DNA from: Cetorhinus maximus | Lineage: Eukaryota | Direction of reading: 5' to 3' | Assembly (NCBI RefSeq): GCF_964194155.1 | Contig: NC_135881.1 | Location: 136,214,001-136,278,000 of the forward strand | Length of the DNA: 64,000 bases | Shown: piece after piece, positions 51,393 to 63,055 of the stretch | How the letters are laid out: the number at the start of each line of letters is the position of its first letter | How positions within the stretch are numbered: the first letter of the stretch is position 1 | Program-made: the position numbers and the translations under genes | The notes under the pieces: generated by a model | What the model saw: the letters and a program-made list of their open reading frames with translations, nothing else | Told to the model about the DNA's origin: nothing | The model's database searches: none

Positions 51393-51544
51393 CTCTTCCT
51401 TCTTTCCCATAGGCAAGGGCTGGGGGAATGATTAGTTTCCTCTTCTCTCCTGCACACATCTCACGTAACCCTCTGTCCCAGCCTTTAAGTGATTCTTTAA
51501 TCCCAAGTGTGAACCAAACTGCCTCGCCATTGTTGTTCTCATGA
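51393..51544 (-). CDS. FKBP14: FKBP14 coding exon 2 (FKBP-type PPIase domain)
   Basis: HENNNGEAVWFTLGIKESLKGWDRGLREMCAGEKRKLIIPPALAYGKEGR, 152 nt, cag acceptor and GT donor. Confidence 0.97.
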
Positions 51545-51737
51545 CTGAAATACAATAAAATAGTTTCAGTACCCTAATTTGAGAGCACAGATATCATAAG
51601 CAGATTATTCCAAATACTTCTATTGAAAAAATTGATGAATGCACCCACAAATGTACATGCATTCTGGAGGAACACATACTAAGAATGAAATTAAGTCTCA
51701 CTTCTTATGGGCATTAGCTCACACAGCCATACATATA

Positions 51738-52417
51738 GGGCAGAATTTCCCCCCCCCTGTTGTGGGGTGGGGGGGAAGGTTTAGGAGCGGGAGCACTCCA
51801 CCATTTTACATGGGCGTGCCAATTAAGGCCGGCCCAGCTTGACGTCCGCAAGGAAGAGCTATACGCTCCCTGTGTGGGCCGGGGGGGGGAGGGGATTCCC
51901 TGAACCAAGAGTGTGCTCTTTGGCGCATGCGCACAAAAGAGCGCACTTCATCTCTCTGAGGCTAAGTGCTGCCTCAGGGAGATTGGCTGCACAATAAAAA
52001 ATCTGAAAAATAGAAAAAAATAATTTCCCTGACATGTCCCCTCATGTGACAGTCACATGAGTTGGGACATATCCATCAGTTTTAAATACACTTTAATTAC
52101 ATTTTTAAAACCTACATGAAACCTCATCCCGCCCGTGGATGAGGTCTCATGGTTTTTCTAATGCCCGCCAGGGCTCCCGGCCTGCCCGCCAACCCTAAGG
52201 TTGGACGGGCAGGTCCATTAATTGCTTTAACTACTTTGTCAATGGCCACAATTGGCCTTTGATAGGTCGGCGGGCGCACAGCTGATTCTGCTGAGCCCCT
52301 GCCAACCTGAAAACTTAAATGGGGCGCAGTGACGTTAGGAGTTCTGCCCGACGTCATCCCGCATCATTTTAAGCGTCGGTGAGCGGGCCCTGCCCCCCGC
52401 TCGGGAAATCATGGCCC
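51738..52417. mobile_element. Non-autonomous Harbinger-type element (MITE), CpG-rich and therefore probably young
   Basis: TIRs gggcagaatttccc / gggaaatcatggccc. GC-rich subterminal arms flank an AT-rich centre; no coding capacity. Confidence 0.7.
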
Positions 52418-52780
52418 TTGTATTTATATAACACTTTCACAACCTCAGGATGTCACAACATGCTTTACCTGCAATGAAGGACTTTTAGAAAGAATGTTGT
52501 AATGTAGGAAACACAGCACCCAATTTGCACATAACAAGCTCACACAAACAACAACATGATAATGTAATAGTGATATTGAGGGATAAATGATGGCCAGGTT
52601 GGGTAGAACTTCCCTGGTCTTCTTCAAAACAGGACTAGGGATATTTAGATATACCCAAATGAGCTTAAAAAAGGCAGTTCGACAATGCTCTCTCAATACT
52701 AGTGTGTCAGCATAGATTTTATGCTTAAGTTTCTTGGGTGAGTTTCAAAGGCATGAGTGCTATCAACTGAAATACAACTA
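52418..52780 (-). mobile_element. Deu-domain SINE fragment (SacSINE1/AmnSINE1-like)
   Basis: Minus strand ...tttatccctcaat...gagcttgttatgtgcaaattgggtgctgtgtttcctacattacaaca...tatataaatacaag resembles my recollection of the DeuSINE body and tail. Confidence 0.6.
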
Positions 52781-53709
52781 ACATTGTAAGGTAGAGTAAC
52801 CAGTGGGTGTAAAAACACCTCGAGACCTGAACCAGATATTTGAATCGTTCATGTGTACTTCTTTGATCTCTCCAAAGATGGACTAAGATATAACTTTGAG
52901 GGCAAGGTTTGCTCCACAGCAAGTGAATAAACAGCACAATTATGATCAGACTCACTTAGTTTAATCAGCAATTTACATTTACATAGCACCATTAATATCC
53001 CAATGCACTTGCTGGTTATGTAAACATACAAAATTAAGAATATGCCGTGCTTCTCCACAATAGGTCATCTTACCTGACTTAAACAAGATGGGGTTGATTT
53101 TGTTATACAATATTGCAAAATGGGTGATGGTGAGTCAGGCGCCCATTTTACACCCCTCCCAATTTTTTTATCTCCATGCAAAGTCAATGGTTGGTGATAA
53201 AATCAAGGTTTCTATTTCTGGAGAGTGACTTTGGCATGCTGCTCATTCTTATATTTGATGTCAAGGCACTCATTCCCTAATACCAGCTGAGCTCCACAGA
53301 GTCCCCATTGCTGGAGTGTGCAAATGCCCATAAGCAATTTTTTACTTTTAGTTTGCTGCAGGAAGCCTTAATCCAATTGTAGTTTAGGAGATCTATGTTT
53401 CTGGGTCTATGGTGCTGTCCGTTTTCTCCAGGTTGGGTTGTTTATACTTGGCAATGCTTCAAGAGAAGGAGGACCATGAGTCCACCATTGGCTGTACAAT
53501 TCTAAAGTTAATAGCACTATCAATTCTTCAATTCAATCTGAATCTCAAGTCTTTATTCCATCATATTTTTATTTCACCCAATTTTGAACAATTTATATGT
53601 TGCATAACACATGATGTAATATCCATACTTTTTCATATTTCATGGAGTTGATATAATTCAATTAATTATGAAATAATATCTTTTCAGACTTTGTAGGGAA
53701 GGGAGTGAG

Positions 53710-54957
53710 TACAAACATACGGGTTAGGAGCAGGTTTAGGCCACTTAGTCCCTTGAATCTGCTCTGTCATTCAATAAGGTCATGGCTGATCTGATTTTAA
53801 CTTCAACTCCACACTCCTGCGTAGCCCCAGTAACCTTTAACCCCCTTGCTTATCTATCTAGCTCTGCCATTAAAATATTCAAAGATTCTGCTTCTGCCGC
53901 CTTTTGAGGAAGAGAGTTCCAAAGACTCACGACCTCAGAAAAAAATTCTGATTTCTGTCTTAAATGGGCAACCCTTTACTTTTGTGACTCCTAGTTTTAG
54001 ATTCTCCCAAAAGAGAAAACATCCTTTTCACATCCACCCTGTCAAGACCCCTCACGATCTTATGTTTCAATCAAGTCACCTCTTACTCTAAACTCCAGTT
54101 GATACAAGCCTAGCTTGTCCATTCTTTCCTCATAAGGCAACCCTCCCATTCCAGTTATTAGTCTAGAAACCTTCTCTGAACTTTTTCCAAAGCATTTACA
54201 TCCTCCCTTAAATGAGAACAATGCAGTACTCCAGATGTGGTCTCACCAGTGCCCTGTAAACTGAAGCATAACCTCCCTACTTTTGTATTCAATTCTCCTC
54301 GCAATAAATGATAACATTCTATTAGCTATCCTAATTATTTGCTGTACTTGCATACTAACCTTTTGCAATTCATGCATTAGGACACCCAGATCCCTCTGAA
54401 TCTCAGAGCTCTGTAATCTCTCATTTAGTTTTTTGCTTTTTTATTCTTCCTGCCAACATGGACAATTTCACATTTGCCCATATTATACTCCATTTGCCAG
54501 ATCTTTTCCCACTCAATTAACCCATGCCCCTTTGTAGCCTGCTTATGTCCTTTTCACAACTTACTTTCCTACCTATCTTGGTAACTTTCCTATCTATCTT
54601 TGTGCCATCAGCAAATTTAGCAACCATACCTTCGGTCCCTTCATCCAAGTTATTTATATAAATTGTAAACAGTTAAGGCCCCAGCACTGATTTCTGTGAC
54701 ACACCACTCATTATATCTTGCCAACTAGAAAACAACTCCTTTATGCCTACTCTCTGTTTTCTGTTAACTAGCCAGTCTTCCATCCATGTCAATATGTTAC
54801 CCCTGTACCATGGGCTTTTATTTTCCGCAATAACCTTTGATGTAGCACCTTATCACAAGCCCCTGGAAATCTAATACAGTACATCCATTGGTCACTGGTT
54901 CCTCTTTATCCACAGCACATGTTACTTCTTCAAAGAAGTCCAATAAGTTGATTAATA
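53710..54957 (-). mobile_element. CR1 3' fragment, same subfamily as 41700-44700
   Basis: Collinear similarity with 41700-42860. Confidence 0.88.
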
Positions 54958-55098
54958 CAAATAAAACAAGTGCACTAAGCCTAAACCCATGTCACACAAA
55001 TATATATTTCAGCTCAGTACACTTGTACTGTGAACAGTCTTGTTGAATTGAAAGTCATTAGCACCTGCACGACTTTAAATGGAACAAAAATTTGAGTG

Positions 55099-55300
55099 TA
55101 AAAGCAAAAAACTGCAGATGCTGGAAATCCAAAACAAAAACAAAAATACCTGGAAAAACTCAGAAGGTCTGACAGCATCTGTGGAGAGGAACACAGTTAA
55201 CGTTTCGAGTCTGTATGACTCTTCACCAGAACTAAGGAAAAATAGAAAAGAGGTGAAATATAAGCTGGTTTAAGGAGGGGTGGGACAGGTAGAGCTGGAA
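55099..55300. mobile_element. Penelope-like element terminal fragment
   Basis: aaaagcaaaaaactgcagatgctggaaatcc...aaaactcag.aggtctg.cagcatctgtggag...gtttcgagtc, with a second copy at 62958. Family assignment is from memory. Confidence 0.5.
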
Positions 55301-55479
55301 AAATTTGAGTGTGTAGGGCATTATTAAACATCCTTAACATGTTAAATTGCATACATGGAATGTAAACCATTATGGGATTTTCCATTAAAAAATATCCATT
55401 GTCTTACAATTTCCTATTATACCTTTAGCAGATGCTGTACAGTCACACTTTCCTGGTCACCCAACATGCACTATTTTAG

Positions 55480-58400
55480 CCATAGAGGTTTACAGCACAG
55501 AAAAAGGCCCTTTGGCCCATCGAATCTCTGCCGGTCAAACAAGTACCTAACTGTTCTCATCCCATTTTCCAGCATGAGGCCCTTGTATGCCATGGCATCG
55601 CAAGCGCACATTCAAATACTACTTAAATGTTATGAGGGTTTCTGCCTCTACTACCCTTTCAGGCAGTGAGTTCCAGATTCCCACCACCCTCTGGGTGAAA
55701 AAATTCTTCCTCACATCCCCTCTAAACCTCCTGCCCCTTACCTTAAATCTATGCCCCCGGTTATTGATCCCTGCACCAAGGGGAAAGTTCCTTCCTGTCT
55801 ACCCTATCTATGCCCCTCATAATTTTATACACCTCAATCATGTCCCCCTTCAATCTCCTCTGCTCCAGGGAAAATAACACCAGTCTATCCAATCTCTCCT
55901 CATAACTAAAACTCTCCAGACCAGGAGAGACTCCTTCTAAATCTCCTCTGCACTCTCTCTAGTGCAATCACATCCTTCCTATAATGCGGATTCCAGAACT
56001 GCACGCAATACTCTAGCTGTGGCCTAACCAGCATTTTATACAGTTCCAGCATAACCTCCCTGCTCTTATATTCTATGCCTCGGCTAATAAAGGCAAGTAT
56101 CCCATATGCCTTCTTAACCACCTTACCTACCTGTCCTGCTACTGTAAGGGACCGGTGCACATGTAACCAAGGTCCCTCTGATCCTCGATACTTCCCAGGG
56201 TCCTACCATTCATCGCGTATTCCCGTGCCTTGTTTGTCCTGCCCACTTATTCGGATTAAATTTCAGTGGCAACCATTTGCCACTGATCAGCCCATCTGAC
56301 CAGGCCGTCTATACCCTCCTGTAATCTAAGGCCATCCTCCTTTACTATTTACCACCCCACCAATTTTTGTGTCCGCGAACTTACCAATCAACCCTCCTAC
56401 ATTCAAGTCTAAATCGTTTATATACACCACAAACAACAAGGGACTAAAAACCGATCCCTGTGGAGCCCCACTGGACATGGGCATCCAGTCACAAAAACAC
56501 CCCTCGACCATCACCCTCTGCTTCCTGCCACTCAGCCAATTCTGGATCCAATTTGCCAAATTGCCTTGGATCCCATGGGCTCTTATCTTCGTTATCAGTC
56601 TCCCATGCGGGACTTTATCAAAACCCTTGCTGAAGTCCAAGCAGACTACATCAAATGCATTACCCTCATCTACACACCTGGTCACCTCTTCAAAAAATTC
56701 AATCAAATTAGTCAGATATGATCTCCCCTTAACAAAACCATGCTCTCTGTCCTTGATTAATCCCTGCCTCTCCAAATGTAGATTAATTCTGTCCCTCAGA
56801 ATTACTTCCAATAGTTTCCCCACCACTGAAGTTAGACTGACTGGCCTGTAGTTCCCTGGTTCATCCCTTCGTCCCTTCTTGAATAACAGTACCACATTGG
56901 CTGTCCTCCAATCCTCTGACACCTTTCCTGTGGCCAGAGAGGTATTGAAAATTATTGCCAATGCACCTGCTATCTCTTCCCTTGCCTCACTCAACAGCCT
57001 GAGATACACTTCATCCGGGCCTGGAGATTTATCTACTTTTAAGCCTGCCAGACCACTTAGAACCTCCTCCCTTTCTATGCTAATTTCTTTAATTATATCA
57101 CAGTCCTTCTGCTTGATTTCCATACCCATGTCGTCCCTCTCACTTGTGAACAACGACACAAATTATTCATTTAGAACCCTACCTATGTCTTCTGGCTCCA
57201 CACACAAATTACCACTATGGTCCTTAATGGGCCCTACTCTTTCCCTAGTTATCCTCTTGCTCCTAATGTACTTGTAAAATAACTTTGGATTTTCCTTTAT
57301 TTTACCTGTCAATGTTTTTTCATGCCCCCTCTTTGCTCTCCTAATTTCCTTTTTAAGTTTCCCCCCTACACATTCTATACTCCTCAAGGGCTTCCACTGT
57401 TTTGAGCCCTCGGTATCTGCCATAAGCCTCCCTTTTTCTCTTTATCCAATCCTGTATATCCCTCTACATCCAGGGTTCCCTGGATTTGTTGGTCCCTTTG
57501 TCTTTACTGGAATATGTTGGCCCTGTACTCTCCCTGTTTCCTTCTTGAATGAGTCCCACTGCTCTGATGCAGATTTACCGAAAAGTAGCTGCTCCCAGTC
57601 CATCTGGCCAAATCATATCTGATCCTACTAAAATCGACCTTCCCTCAATTTAGAACTCTGATTTCTGGCCCATCCTTGTCCTTTTCCATAACAACCTTGA
57701 ATCTAATGGAGTTATGATCACTATCTACAAAATGCTCCTCCACTGATACCTCTACCACTTGCCCGGCTTCATCCCCTAAATTTAAGTCCAGGACCGCCCC
57801 TTCTCTTGTAGGACCTTCTATGTACCTGCTTAAAAAGCTCTCCTGGATGCATTTTAAGAATTCTGCTTCTTCTAAACCTATCTATCTAATAAATCTAAAC
57901 ATACTATGACTAATCCAGTTAATGTTGGGGACGTTGAAATCCCCCACTATTGCTACCCTATTATTTTTACACTTCTCTGAAATTTGCCTACATATCTGCT
58001 CTTCTATTTCTCTCTAACTGTTTGGGGGCCTTTGGTACACTCCCAGCAATGTGATTGCTCCTTTTTTATTTTTCAGTTCTACCCATACGGCTTCATTTGA
58101 GGAGCCTTCTAAGATGTCATCCCTCCTTACTGCTGTAATTGATTCCTTGATCAATATTGTGACACCCCCTTCTCTTTTACCTCCTTCCCTATCTCTCCTG
58201 AAGACCCTATATCCTGGAATATTGAGCTGCCAATCCAGTCCCTCTCTCAACCATGTCTCTGTGACAGCAATGACATCATACTTCCATGTGTTAATTTGTG
58301 CCCTCAACTCATCTGCCTTATTCGTCAGAATCCTTGCATTAAAATAAATACCATCGAACCTTGCCAAACTCCCTTGTGCCTTAACTGGCCTATAATTTCT

Positions 58401-58710
58401 ATGCCTTCCAGACTCACTTGCTTTTTCTTCTAATTTTGACTGTGCATCTCCCCCTGCTGAACCTCCTCTCAGGATCCTAAACCCCCCCCCCCCCCCCCCC
58501 CCCGCCGCCAAGTTAGTTTAAACCCTCCCCAACAGCACTAGCAAACCTCCCCGCAAGGATGTTGATCCCATTCTGGTTCAGGTGCAACCCGTCCACCTTG
58601 TACAGGTCCCACTGCCCCTAGAAACGGTCCCAATGTCCCAGAAATCTAAAGCCCTCCCACTTGCACCATTTCTCCAACCACGCATTTATCTGGACTAACC
58701 TCCTATTTCT
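55480..58710 (-). mobile_element. CR1 LINE with near-complete ORF2 and ORF1 C-terminus
   Basis: APE (YFNARILTNKADEL...DVIAVTETWL), a 277-aa RT ORF, and ORF1 esterase-like end (DLYKVDGLHLN..G.NILAGRFASAVGEGLN). Confidence 0.95.
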
Positions 58711-58879
58711 ATACTCATATTTCTATATAATATGTAACAGAATTACATATTAGTGTGTGAGCCATTCCTGTTAAGCCAACCAAAAGACAGGTGTGTATAC
58801 TCTGTTAGAATCACAATACATATAATGTTTTATTGAGCACAAAAGATTGCTGGTTGTGTAGTCACCATTATTTACTGAT

Positions 58880-59260
58880 GGCCACAAGGGTTAATGTTGG
58901 CTGTCCTTGTTTCGAAATCCCTCCATGGCTTTGTTCCCTCCTCATCTCTAACCTCAAGTCCTACAACCCTCTGAAATATCTGCATTCCTTCAATTCTCGC
59001 ATCAAATCTTAATTGCCCTGCCAATGATGGTTATGCCTTCAGGTGCCAAGGTCTTAAGCTCTGCAATTCCTTCTCTAAACCTCTCTACTTCTATTTGCTG
59101 CTGTAAGATGCTCATTATAACCTACCTCTTTGACAAAGCTTTTGATTATCTGATAACATAATATTTCTTTATGTTTCGGTTTCAGATTTTGTTTGATAAT
59201 CCTCCTGTGTAGCACCTTGAAACATTTTATTACATTAAAAATGCTATATCAGTACAAATC
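58880..59260 (+). mobile_element. L2 3' end
   Basis: L2 tail ...cctcctgtgtagcaccttgaaacattttattacattaaaaatgctatat. Confidence 0.7.
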
Positions 59261-59399
59261 GTTATCACCTGCTATCCTTATCAAAGAAAAATCAATCAAT
59301 CTCAATCTTGAAGGCATTGTCCCAGCATCCACAACATTTAAGGGAAGAGAATTCCAAACTTATACTACCCTTTGTGTGAAAAGATGCTTCCTCATTTCC

Positions 59400-60600
59400 A
59401 CCATCTTTTATTTACATAGCACCTTTAATAATGACCCCAAAGAGACCATTAACTTTTAAAGAGAGATTTGAATTCCTTGTGACCGGCTCAAAGGATCACA
59501 CAAGATTTCAAAGACTTTATGCTTAACAAAAAAACTTAAATCAACATTGACTAAACATTACTTAGAAAGCAACTAATACACTAAACTATAGAAAAGATGT
59601 CCTCCCTTAATTTCTTAACACAACCAGAAACCCCACGCTGCATTTATACGTTTCACCGTACTCTCCGCAGAATTGCACTCTTTACAAGAACAAGTCCGAA
59701 GTTATTCCCAGCTTCCAACAGGCTCACTTCTCCCAATTTCACTGAGTTGTAACGTCAAGTGTCCATTGAAAATAGTTTTCCTCAGTCTTCTGGGAATTCC
59801 CAAACCGACTTCTGGCCTACACTGGTGACTGCTTGTCCCAGTCATGCCAGGGTGAAGCTTCCAGTGTCCTTAAATCTCTACAGGTCCCATCTCTTCGACC
59901 AGGGCATAAACTCCCACCAGCATTCTGCCTGGTGGTGGCCACAGAAAACAGCCCTTTCCCCTGCTATTCACAGCAGTTCTGTTTCCTTGTCCTTTTCTCT
60001 CCAGGACACTCTCTCTGTTTGGGTTCTCAGAGTCTGACTGCCTGAGAGTCTCCAAGTCTGCCCACAGCAAGGCCAACTGCTATTTCCTTTGTGCTCAGGC
60101 ATGAAAGCTGGCACTTGAGTTTCAACAGGACTTGCCCTTTCCTGCCCTGGCCCCTGACAACCAAGTCACATAGATTGATTGCCAGGCAGAACTAGGAGGT
60201 CACATATCCCTCTCCATTGCTTCATTTAATTATGAATTATAAGAGACAGTTTAAAACATAACCACCTTATAAAACCTCACACTCATAATAATAAAAGATC
60301 CCAAAGTGCTTCATATGAGTGTTTAAAGCAAAATTAGACACTGAGCCATGTAAGGCAATATAAGGTTAGATGACCAAAAGCTTGGTCAAAGAGGTTGGTT
60401 TAAGGAGCATCTTAAAGGAATAAAAAGAGCTAGAGGTTTAGACAGAGAATTCCAATGCTTAGGGCCTTGGCAGCTGATGGCATGACCACCCATGGTGGAG
60501 CAATTAAAATCAGGAATACTCAAGATGCCAGAATTAGATGAGTACAGATGTGTCAGAGGGTTGTGGGGCTGGAGGAAATTAAAGAGAGGGGGGAAAAGCG
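59400..60600 (-). mobile_element. L2 3' end split by a solo LTR
   Basis: Tail begins at ~59405 and resumes at ~60285. Confidence 0.65.
59428..60281 (-). mobile_element. Solo LTR, same family as 50059-50879 but inverted
   Basis: Reverse-complement similarity over several hundred bp (e.g. ggacactggaag..tcaccctgg and the 3' AT-rich block). Confidence 0.65.
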
Positions 60601-61163
60601 AGACAATGGATTTGTGCTACACTATCTCCACAGCCAACACATGCTTCCTGAAGTGCAATGCCTAAAACTGTACTTTGGATGGGGACAGACTCTGTACAAC
60701 GCATAGCTACTTCCTCTTTGTAATCCAGCCCCTTTGAAACAAAAGCTAATGTTCACTTAGCCTTTTTATACCTGTCTACTAGGTTAAAATGACTTGTGGA
60801 ACAGAAGGGCTGATACTTGGAGATATCATCAGAAAGGCACAACGGACAACATGAGATACAGACATAATGGAGTGAAAGAAAGAAGCAGTTCAACCAGCCA
60901 CCCAAGAAAAAATGGCTTATCAAGTAGAACCTTCCCCTCTTAAGCCACCCTCCAGCCTCTAACATTACCTTCCCTTCGCCAGTAATTTCAAATTCTGCGC
61001 TACTTTCCCCTATCATCAGAGTCCTACTCTGTCCTCCCCCCATCCTCTCGCATCCTTTACCAACTTACGCTAGCCACTTCTAGGCCTACAGTGTTGCATC
61101 CCTCCCTCACCCTGGCACAGGCTATAACAATGTAAGGGACTTTATGCTGCTGTTGGAGTAATA

Positions 61164-61482
61164 TGGGGAGGCAGTGGCATACTGGTATTGTCACCCAGGG
61201 CTATGCTCTGGAGACCTAGGTTCAAATCCCACCATGGCAGATGGTGAAATTTGAATTCAATAAAAATATGGAATGAAATTAATGATCATGAAACCATTGC
61301 TGATTGTTGTAAAAACTCATCTGGTTCACTAATGCCCTTCAGGAAATCTGATGTCCTTACCTGGTCTGGCCAACATTTGACCCCAGACCCACAGCAATGT
61401 GGTTGACTCTTAAAAACGCCCTCTGAATAAATGCTGGCCTAGCCAGTGATGCCCACATCCCATGAACGAATAATAAAAAAAA
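61164..61482 (+). mobile_element. tRNA-derived SINE made of the head and tail of the tRNA-headed LINE
   Basis: A box TGGCATACTGG, B box GGTTCAAATCC, body shared with the LINE 5' end, LINE 3' tail and poly(A). Confidence 0.88.
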
Positions 61483-61489
61483 CCAAATC

Positions 61490-61826
61490 CAACCATGACA
61501 ATCTAAGAATTTCAATTTAGTTTAAATATCAGTAAATAAACAGCTGTATCAGTATCAGTATTAGTAACTATAAACAACTAGTTCATCAATGCACTGCAGG
61601 GAAAGAAAGTGCCAATCTGACTTGTGTGAATCCCGCACTAATATGGTTGGTTCCTCTGATTTGGCCTGGAAAGTCACATAGTTAAATTAAACCTTTCGAC
61701 ACCATCACTACTCAGTCTTTAGTGTTTTCCAAAGCTGGCCAACCAACCTGCATCTGTAGAACTAGGGCTGGGCAATAAATGCCAGTCTTGTAGGTGATGG
61801 CCCACATCTCAAATACATTTTTTTAA
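61490..61826 (+). mobile_element. Older degenerate SINE related to the preceding one
   Basis: Degenerate body plus tail gggcaataaatgccag...gcccacatc. Confidence 0.55.
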
Positions 61827-62957
61827 ATACCCCTCACTCTCGAACTTCATTTGACCTAAATACTCCATTTCATTTTGACTCCTCATGTCAACGCCATGGG
61901 ATATTTACTAGTATTTTTTTTAAAAAACATTATTTTCTACCAAAATCATATCTTCTAAATTCCATAAACAGAACACATGTAAATCTTTGGGGTATGATTT
62001 AGACTTTAATTACACCATAGTTCCCAATACGACAATGGATCTGCTGATGGTCAAGAACCATCTATCATTTGTCATGTTGCAGACAGCCCTCCACAAAAGC
62101 TCAGGGACAAAGAAACACTGAGCAAGAACACTTTCATGCATGTTTCTTTGACTGTTTACCAATGGGCTGTTCTGTTCCAGAAAGCTAGACAATGAAGGGA
62201 AGACCTAGAGCCAATCTTTACACACTTTTGTAAGCCTTTATTTAGAGAAACACATTACAAACATACACCTCCTAACCGAATCACCAGTTTGTCTGTTCAT
62301 ATTTATACCTCTCTTGTAGGATACATTACCAATTAAGTGCCCCATTTATGGGAGCACCAGTGAATTCCTAATTAATGCTCATTACCTGCATACAATTGGT
62401 ATACAATTAAGATGGACTGCCAGGGGAATTTTAAAATATGGCATTTAACCAATTTGAAGTTATGTTGCAGCCAGTAAATTTAAATTATGTTAGATAGTTC
62501 ATGGAAGGGTTTTCACTCTGCTTGGCTTTACTGCAGTCAGGAATCAGAGACAGAACTGACACTCAATTCATGGCATCACTTTATGCATCAGTTTACACAT
62601 GGAACCACTGGATAGCAATGTGAAAGTGAAGCACAACGGCATTGTTACACACCAGTCATACAACTTTCAGTGGTGTCACTGCAGAGCCTTCTGCATATGA
62701 TCTAGGTTGGCACTTCAGGGCAATACTTATCTAAATGCAAATCTCTGAAGCCAAGCAATAACCTCCTAATTTGCAGAGTTTAAGGTGATTAGTCTGTTAC
62801 TTGGTCTATAGAGAAGACACTCCTTGATAATGTGCAGCATTGTTTGTCTCTCTCCACAAGTGCATAAGGAATTTGTACTGAGGCCCTAGTGGTGGAGGTT
62901 GGCTGCATAGTGGCCCTGGCTTCTCCTGAACCTGTTTAGCAAGGATCACTCTCAACA

Positions 62958-63055
62958 TAAATAAAAACAGAAAATGCTGGAAAAACTCAGAGGGTCTCAC
63001 AGCATCTGTGGAGGGAGAAACAGAGTTAATGTTTCGAGTCCATATGACTCTTCTT
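62958..63055. mobile_element. Penelope-like terminal fragment
   Basis: Matches 55135-55230. Confidence 0.5.

Noticed and set aside
61164-61235. tRNA gene candidates here and at 23520-23590
   Set aside because: A and B boxes are present but there is no cloverleaf, and they continue into SINE bodies
61355-61395. Possible degenerate 2A-like peptide (LTWSG....PDP) in the SINE/LINE body
   Set aside because: Lacks the required D(V/I)ExNPGP motif
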